This document shows, in pieces, positions 20,293 to 27,083 of a stretch of DNA of 27,083 nt. The position numbers were made by a program, and so were the translations under genes. The DNA is taken from positions 1 to 27,083 of the forward strand of contig NW_021834037.1 of assembly GCF_006345805.1 (NCBI RefSeq), given 5' to 3'. Within the stretch, counting starts at the first letter, position 1. The number at the start of each line of letters is the position of its first letter. The notes under the pieces were generated by a model, which ran no database searches, was not told the origin of the DNA, and saw only the letters and a list, made by a program, of their open reading frames with translations. Origin of the DNA: Octopus sinensis. Lineage: Eukaryota.

Positions 20293-20315
20293 TGATTGAT
20301 TGATAGATAGATTGT
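19970..20315. repeat. (TATG)n and long (GATA)n/(GGAT)n
   Basis: Read directly from the sequence. Confidence 0.95.
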
Positions 20316-20627
20316 CTTGTAGAGCATGTGACACGCAAGATCACAAAATAGCAGTAGAATCGTGTCCTGTAAAGGGCGATGAGCAGAAGCCCTGGAAGCT
20401 TAACATCCAAGGGTCAGAACTCAGCCTTTGCATATATAAATTCAGGATCCTTCTAAAAATTTTGTGCACAGAAAAATACTAAAGATCAAAAAGGACAAAA
20501 ATTGACGAATGTTGTTGGGCCCAGAATAACGCGAGGTTTTGCTAACTCAGGAGTTGCTAAATGAAACTGCTCCGTCCTTAATACCAGCTGTGAGCCATGA
20601 GTCTATGCTGTATTCTGCGATATTGTT

Positions 20628-21285
20628 ATGGACAGGAAGTTAGAATAAAGAGCCAACGTGAATTTTTGCGTTAAACGTGGAACGTCTGCCTCAGAGACTT
20701 GGGAAAGCTTAGGGCGATGAGGCAATGGGTCGTACGCAATGTTTTGACGGGCAGGGGCGCTTCAAAAGTGGAATAAAGTCCCTAGAAGACGATGAACGAT
20801 CTGGAAGAACTGCCACGAGCGTCATCCCGGAAATGTGGCATTGTGCACTGAGAATTTGCCCCCCGGCGCAACAGACTGTCAATCAAGAATTTTACTGCGA
20901 CGTTCGGCGAAAGCGACCGGATCTGTGGATCGAGTATTGGATTCGTCACGATGACAATTCACCCTGTCACTACGCCCGCCTCGTTCGTGAGTTTCTCGCC
21001 AAAAACAATATTGTATCGCTTTCGCATCCATCCAACTGACCGCATTTAGCCCCTGCGGACTTCCAACACTTCGACAAGATGAAAATGTATTTCAAAGGTC
21101 GATGAAATGCGAATTCACTTGTCTATATAAATGTGGATATGCTAGTTGACTTTTGTATCTTTCGATGTCGCTTGATCGAAAATATAACGGGTAAGTTTTC
21201 CTAGCATTTCTAGAGTAGATACAGATCGATGAAGCTGGCTTTGTCACCATTTTATTCACGTTTCTCCAATAAGTTTGACTCACGA
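20628..21285 (+). mobile_element. Internally deleted DD34D mariner transposase relic
   Basis: MDRKLE*RANVNFCVKRG..GDEAMGRTQCF..RFKSG..SLEDDERSGR is joined at ~20836 to GIVH..QTVNQEFY..RRKRP.LW..HDDNSPCH..EFLAKNNI..HP..*PHLAPADF. The catalytic Asp codons at 20953 and 21058 are separated by 34 residues. Confidence 0.88.
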
Positions 21286-21393
21286 TTCTCTGATGAATCT
21301 CAGGTTATGACAGACAATTAAAAGCACATAGTGCCGATCAATAGGAGTGAACCGACACTTCGTCAGTGTTTGTTCTTGGCTGGCTGGAATAGA

Positions 21394-21615
21394 TATGTCT
21401 ATGGGCTGAAAAGTTCCTGGCTGAGGGTAAAAGAAAATACAAGAAGATCAGTTAACTATGATTCTATTCAACACATTCTCTTCTCAGATTCACACACTTA
21501 TTGCAGCCGTCCTTCAGGTTTTCTCTGGCTTGTAAAAGAACTCGGAAGATTGGGTTTCCAACCAGGCCTTTTCGCGATACCCTTAAAGCCAGTAACTTTA
21601 CACCAGCCCTTCGTA
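21394..21615. mobile_element. Mariner-type MITE (~220 bp, TA-flanked)
   Basis: Imperfect TIRs ..GCTGAAAAGTTCCTGGCT / AGCCAGTAACTTTACACCAGCCCTTCGTA. Homologues at 18248-18479 and 23199-23305. Confidence 0.8.
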
Positions 21616-21627
21616 TGTGTGTATATG

Positions 21628-21687
<60 letters not shown>

Positions 21688-21688
<1 letters not shown>

Positions 21689-21900
21689 CTTCTACTTGTT
21701 TCAGTCATTTGACTGTAGCCATGCTGGAGCACCGCCTTAGTCGACCAAATCGACCCCGGGGCTTATTCTTTGTAAGCTAGTACTTATTCTATCGGTCTCT
21801 TTTGCCGAACCACTAAGTTACGAGGACGTAAACACACCAGCATCATTTGTCAAGCGATGTTGGGGTGACAGAGACACACAAACATATACACACACATACA
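21688..21900 (-). mobile_element. SINE A 3' half
   Basis: Matches 7811-8030. Confidence 0.9.
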
Positions 21901-21920
21901 TACATACATAATTCATACAG

Positions 21921-21969
<49 letters not shown>

Positions 21970-21975
<6 letters not shown>

Positions 21976-22330
21976 GTGAATGAATTATCCTATGTTTATC
22001 GTCAGCATGGAAAATTCGTTTAACCGAATCTTGGGTAGCAAATTCACGTCAGAAACACGGTTGAAGCGATCTGTCAAGGGTAGAAACTCCGGGTTCATGA
22101 GCAGAAATTTGTGTGTTGTATATGAATAAATGAAAGAATGGAGTCGAACGAAGATGTTAACAAAATTCCTTTACTCTCGACATATGTTTCGAAGACAGCA
22201 TATTTTCATTCCAAAACAATAAAGGGTGCATTATGCAATCTTCTCATCAGGAAAGAAAGGGAGCCTCTCTCGACAAAAAGACAAACAAAAATTTCGATGA
22301 TTTCCTACATGGTAAACAAAGCGATAATGA
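21970..22330 (-). mobile_element. Penelope pseudo-LTR relic related to 6420-6720
   Basis: Shared collinear blocks on the minus strand: TTCGAAACATATGT, CGTT(C/T)GACTCCATT, GGA(G/A)TTTCTACC and TTTGCTACCC. Confidence 0.7.
22168..22260 (-). ncRNA. Type I hammerhead ribozyme motif, all stems intact
   Basis: Minus strand reads CCTTT-CTTTC-CTGATGA-GAAGA..TCTTC-GAAA-CATATG-TC-GAGAG-T-AAAGG. Canonical core, 5-bp stem II, about 10-bp stem I and a GUC cleavage triplet. Confidence 0.85.
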
Positions 22331-22337
22331 GTGTTTA

Positions 22338-22377
<40 letters not shown>

Positions 22378-22512
22378 TCACAATAAGGGTGAAAAAAATT
22401 GAATATTAATAACATCAATTTAAAACACCAAGTGGCCTAGCGTATAAAGACTGGGATACAGTAAAATTATTAATACAAGTAATCTCTCTCATTACTTGTA
22501 TATATATATACA

Positions 22513-22665
22513 TACGACGAGTTTCTAGCAGTTTCCGTCAACCAAATCCACTCACCAAGCTTTGGTCGGCCCGAGGCTATAGTAGAAGACACTTGCCCAA
22601 GATGCCACGTAGTGGGACTGAACCCGCGACCATGTAGTTCGTAAGCAAGCTACTTGCCACAACAC
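22513..22665 (-). mobile_element. Diverged SINE A head
   Basis: CAGTTTCCGTC..CAAATCCACTCAC..TTGGTCGGCCCGAGGCTATAGTAGAAGACACTTGCCCAAG matches the SINE A head. Confidence 0.85.
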
Positions 22666-22974
22666 ACACACATGATACATATACCCCTTTGTTTTTTTGA
22701 CCTGGCTTTGACCTGGCTGGATACAAACAAGCCAGCTTGTCATAAAGGGGTGCCTTATGACTGCTTACTTGCCATTGCTTATTATTCACCACACATACAC
22801 ACACACACACACACGCACGCACAAACACACTTGACATCCTTGCACACACACACACACACACACGCACCCACACACATTTCCCCTTTTTTGAAACTCTCTT
22901 GCTTTTAAAAATCATGATTCGTCTACCTCCCAACTTCTGTTCTTTCAACATGTGATCTCTTGAGCACCACCAGC

Positions 22975-23168
22975 AAAAATATTTTTTTCCTCTGTCTTCC
23001 CTTCTTGGGATCTTTCCTTCTCCTTGTTTCCGACGAAGAGCTCCGCTCGAAACGTTAAACCCTCCTTCCCTTCTTTCCTGAGCGTCAATAATACTTTAAT
23101 TGTTCCACGTCCTCGCGTTGCTGTGTTTTTCTCTTTTTTTTTCTGTGTTTTCTTGTTTGGATTAACTA
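22975..23168 (+). mobile_element. Probable Penelope terminal fragment ending in (TA)n
   Basis: Contains a minimal hammerhead followed by a pyrimidine-rich 3' region abutting (TA)n. Family assignment is inferred. Confidence 0.55.
23026..23060 (+). ncRNA. Minimal hammerhead motif (variant core)
   Basis: GTTT-CCGACGA-A-GAGC-TCC-GCTC-GAAA-CG-TT-AAAC. Stem I GTTT/AAAC, stem II GAGC/GCTC, loopless CG stem III; U4 is C. Confidence 0.6.
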
Positions 23169-23198
23169 TATATATATATATATATATACACAGACACA

Positions 23199-23305
23199 TA
23201 TGAGGAGATGTTGAACAGTTCCTGGTTTTGGGTGTTGGAAAATACAGGACCATCCGTAATTATGATTCCATTTAACATATTCCCCTCTCAGATTCACACA
23301 TTTCA
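23199..23305. mobile_element. Mariner-type MITE, 5' part
   Basis: TATGAGGAGATGTTGAACAGTTCCTGG..AACATATTCCCCTCTCAGATTCACAC aligns with 21394-21500. Confidence 0.7.
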
Positions 23306-23316
23306 GGCTTCTTACG

Positions 23317-23608
23317 TTCTGAGTTCAAATGCTGCCAAGGTCAGCATTAAGTTTCATCTTTCTGGGGTCGATAAGACAAATCACTAGTCAAGTACTAATA
23401 ACATTCTAACCTTTCTCATAAATGTGCGGCCTTCTGCTCTATGTTAAGAACCATTATAACGATTTTGAGGGTGGTGTGTCGAACAAAATGCCTTGGTAGA
23501 CTTGTTCAGGCTTTTTTTAGGTTCCTGTTTCAAATGCCGCCGAGGTTAACTTTTCCTTTCATCCTTCAGGGGTCGATAAAATAAAATACAAAGCCAAATC
23601 TGGGGGTC
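23317..23608 (+). mobile_element. Two diverged Nin/Deu-domain-like SINE fragments (23317-23396 and 23521-23608)
   Basis: Both read TTCAAATGC(T/C)GCC(A/G)AGGT..TTTCATC(T/C)TT..GGGGTCGATAA, resembling the Nin/Deu core GAGGTCGACTCAGCCTTTCATCCTT..GGGGTCGATAAAAT. Confidence 0.6.
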
Positions 23609-23619
23609 CATGAGTGTTA

Positions 23620-24050
23620 TTCTATTTTTTGCCTCCTCCCTCTCCTCATCAACTTCTAATTCTTTTTTTCTCTAGCCAACTATTCCACGTCTTCATCTTC
23701 TACCTCCTCCTCCCTCTCTTCCTCCTCCTTTTTCATTTCTTCCATCATCTTCTTTTCCTTCTTTTTCTTCTCCTTCTTCTCCTCCTTTTTCTTCTTCTTC
23801 ATCGTCTTCTTCCTTCAATTTCTCCTCCTCCTTCTTCTTCTTCTTCTTCTTCTTCTTCTTCTTCTCCTTCCTCTTCTTCCTTTTTTTCTTGTTCTTCTTC
23901 TTGTTCTTCTTTTTCTTGTTCTTCTTTTTCTTGCTCTTCTTCCACTTGTGCTTCCTCTTCCTCCCCTTCTTCTTCCACTTGTTCTTGTTCTTCTTCTTCT
24001 TCTTGTTCTTCTTCTTCTTCCAATTCCTTCTTCCGTCGTCCTCTCATTTA
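23620..24050. repeat. Pyrimidine-rich (TCT)n/(TCC)n low-complexity tract
   Basis: Read directly from the sequence. Confidence 0.95.
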
Positions 24051-24051
24051 T

Positions 24052-24082
24052 CGTTGTCGTCATCATCATCATCACCACCACC

Positions 24083-24129
<47 letters not shown>

Positions 24130-24382
24130 TTCATCAGAATCTTCATCTTCTCCTCCTGCACTATCTCTTACATCCTTTTCAATGATTGTCAGCGTCATCA
24201 TTAGCACCATCATTATTGTTGTCAACCTCGTTGCCGTCATCGTCATCATCGTCGTCATCATCATCATCATCATCATCCTAACCATCATCATTATCACCAT
24301 CATCGTCATCATCATCATCATCACCATCGCCATCATCATCATCATCATCGTCATCGTCAGCATCATCATCACCATCATCATC

Positions 24383-24414
<32 letters not shown>

Positions 24415-24467
24415 CATCGCCATCGCCATCATCATCACCATCATCATCATCATCATCATCGCCATCG

Positions 24468-24498
<31 letters not shown>

Positions 24499-24545
24499 CA
24501 TCATCATCATCATCATCGTCATCATCATCATCATCATCATCATCG

Positions 24546-24611
<66 letters not shown>

Positions 24612-24694
24612 ACATGATCATCAATACCCGGACACACCATCGCCATCATCACCCCCCCCATCATTATCACCCAACGTCGTCATCATCATCATCG

Positions 24695-24726
<32 letters not shown>

Positions 24727-24732
24727 GTCATT
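24052..24732. repeat. ~680-bp interrupted (CAT)n trinucleotide array
   Basis: Read directly; generates the poly-Met, poly-Asp, poly-Ile and poly-His ORFs. Confidence 0.95.
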
Positions 24733-25029
24733 ATCTAAACCATCACAGTCCACTTCGTCCCTCCTCCTCTTCTCCCTTCCTTACCAGACTGTTATTGATA
24801 AAGTCTACATTCTCCACTTTCTGGAAACTTCTTCAGTTACCCCAACCCCCAAACCCACTCCACCCCCATACCCCCGATTTCTTCATCTACTCCTACTCCT
24901 ACTCCTCTTATTGGCCCTTCACTCCCACTGTCACCCTTTAACGATTCACGACGTCTCCTCCACCCCTCCTTATGTTTCATCAGTTTTACTGTGTATTGCT
25001 ATGTTTACATTATATACACACCCTACATA

Positions 25030-25389
25030 CCTACCTTATATATATGTGTGTGTGTGTGCGCGTGTATATATATATACATATATAGATAGATATATGTTTG
25101 TGTGTGTTTATATGTATATATATATATATACATATATATTTATGTATATATATATATATATATTATGTATGCATATATATATATGTATATATATATATGT
25201 GCATATATATGTGTATATGTGTATGTATATATATACGTATATATATGTATATATATGTGTATAGTAGAGAAAGACTAATAGGTATACACACAATGAGAGA
25301 AGCACACACACACACGCACATGTGTGTGTGTAGATAGAAAGATAGATAGATAGATGGATATAGATAGATAGATAGATGGATAGATGGAT

Positions 25390-25431
<42 letters not shown>

Positions 25432-25440
25432 GGATAGATG

Positions 25441-25483
<43 letters not shown>

Positions 25484-25492
25484 GGATAGATG

Positions 25493-25547
<55 letters not shown>

Positions 25548-25569
25548 GGATGGATAGATGGATAGATAG

Positions 25570-25629
<60 letters not shown>

Positions 25630-25755
25630 CAGATAGATGGATGGATGGATGGCTGGAGGGAGATAGATAGATAGATAGAGTGAAGAGATAGATAGATAGA
25701 TAGATAGATGGATGGATGGATGGATGATAGATAGATAGGAAATAGATAGATAGAT

Positions 25756-25803
<48 letters not shown>

Positions 25804-25804
25804 G

Positions 25805-25838
<34 letters not shown>

Positions 25839-25903
25839 AGATAGATAGATAGACAGATAGATGGATGGATGGATGGATAGGTAGATAGATAGATAGATAG
25901 ATT

Positions 25904-25954
<51 letters not shown>

Positions 25955-26010
25955 GGATGGATGGATGGATAGGTAGATAGATAGATAGATAGATAGATAG
26001 AAAGATAGAT
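25030..26010. repeat. (TA)/(TG) mixed repeat followed by ~680-bp (GATA)n/(GGAT)n
   Basis: Read directly from the sequence. Confidence 0.95.
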
Positions 26011-26157
26011 AGATAAACACTCGGACAGACAGAGAAGCTGGCAAACAGACAGACAGATATTATATAAGCTACACAGATCCTGCACTTTTGCAATATCTAA
26101 TAGCGTATGCGCATACATATCTCTGCACACGTTCTATGTCTATGCGTTTTTACGCAT

Positions 26158-26198
<41 letters not shown>

Positions 26199-26339
26199 TG
26201 TGTGTGTGTGTGTGTGAACATTTTACCGTTTTTCTTCTCTTTCAGGAATCGTGTTAACGGCATTGTTTAGACGAATGGTGATGCAATCTCAGAAATGTTG
26301 CCGGTGTCTGGATGGGTTGTTTTTTTTTTTTTGCTTGTT

Positions 26340-26760
26340 TGTGTGTGTATGTGTGTGTGTATCTTATGTGTGTGTGTGTGTGTGTATGTGTGTGTGTGTG
26401 TGTGTGTGGTGTTTTGTTTGTGTGTGTGTGTTTTGTGTGTGTTGTGTGTGTTTTGTGTGTGTTGTGTTTGTGTGTGTGTGTGTGTTTTGTTTGTGGTGTT
26501 GTGTGTTTGTTTGTGTGTGTGGTGTTTTTTTGTTTGTGTGTTGTTTTTGTGTGTGTGTGTTTGTGTGTGTGTTGTGTGGTGTGTGTGTGTGGTGTGTGAG
26601 AGTGTGTTGTGTGTGTGTGTTTGTTTGTGTGTTGTGTTTTTGTGTGTGTGTGTGTTTTGTGTGTGTGTGTGTGCGTGTGTGTGTGCGTGTGTGTGTGCGT
26701 GTGTGTGCGTGTGCATGTATGTGTGTGTGTGTGTGCGTGTGTGGTGTGTGTGTGTGTTTA
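26340..26760. repeat. Degenerate (GT)n, ~420 bp
   Basis: Read directly; many T-run interruptions. Confidence 0.9.
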
Positions 26761-26894
26761 AAGTGGTGTTAGTGAGGCGAGGAGAAACGGGGGAGATGTT
26801 TGGGTTTGTAGTGGGGTGTACGGTCCGGGGCGTAAATAGCCGATGGTGAGCGCGGCATCGGGGCAGGGGACATTGCAAGATTGAGTTGAGGGCT

Positions 26895-27030
26895 GGTCGA
26901 TTCGTCGGTTGCCTGGTCGGTCGGTCGGTAGGTCGGTCGGTCGGTCGGTCGGTCGGCTGGCTGGTCGGACGGTTGGTCGGCCGGTGAGCTGATAGGCCGG
27001 TTGGTCGGTCTGGCCGGTGTGTCGGTCGGT
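26895..27030. repeat. Degenerate (GGTC)n tetranucleotide repeat
   Basis: Read directly from the sequence. Confidence 0.85.
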
Positions 27031-27083
27031 GTGTCTAGTTGAAGCTATTAACGGGGTGAAAGGGTCAGACTTGCGTAAATATA

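Noticed and set aside
21970-22000. Minus-strand CTGACGA near 21990
   Set aside because: No downstream GAAA or stems before the (TA)n tract.
23799-26878. Long ORFs (269-438 aa) in the last 3 kb and similar YIYI/LSIY/CVCV ORFs elsewhere
   Set aside because: They arise because simple repeats lack stop codons in some frames; no domain content.
1-27083. CRISPR arrays, operons or prokaryotic systems
   Set aside because: No repeat-spacer arrays or bacterial gene architecture; the content is eukaryotic retroposons and microsatellites.

Overview
AT-rich eukaryotic (animal) repeat-dominated DNA with no confidently supported host gene. The tRNA-derived SINE families and microsatellite load resemble coleoid cephalopod (Octopus) DNA; this is recognised from memory, not from a database search. 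By eye, a fifth to a quarter of the window is simple repeats, which explains most ORF-track entries. The rest is decayed, often nested mobile elements: (1) a tandemly duplicated CR1-group RT fragment; (2) maT-like and DD34D mariner relics plus mariner MITEs; (3) a HERO-like RT fragment; (4) a Penelope-like element (Naiad-type RT plus GIY-YIG) interrupted by an RTE LINE and a SINE; (5) two head-to-tail R4/Dong-like LINEs; (6) at least four SINE families, several with clean target-site duplications. The most notable unannotated signal is seven type I hammerhead-ribozyme motifs from about four sequence families on both strands. All have a self-complementary stem III, as in dimer-type Penelope/retrozyme hammerheads, and two of them sit in a ~355-nt tandem repeat that looks like a retrozyme. 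All coordinates were read by hand and boundaries are approximate.
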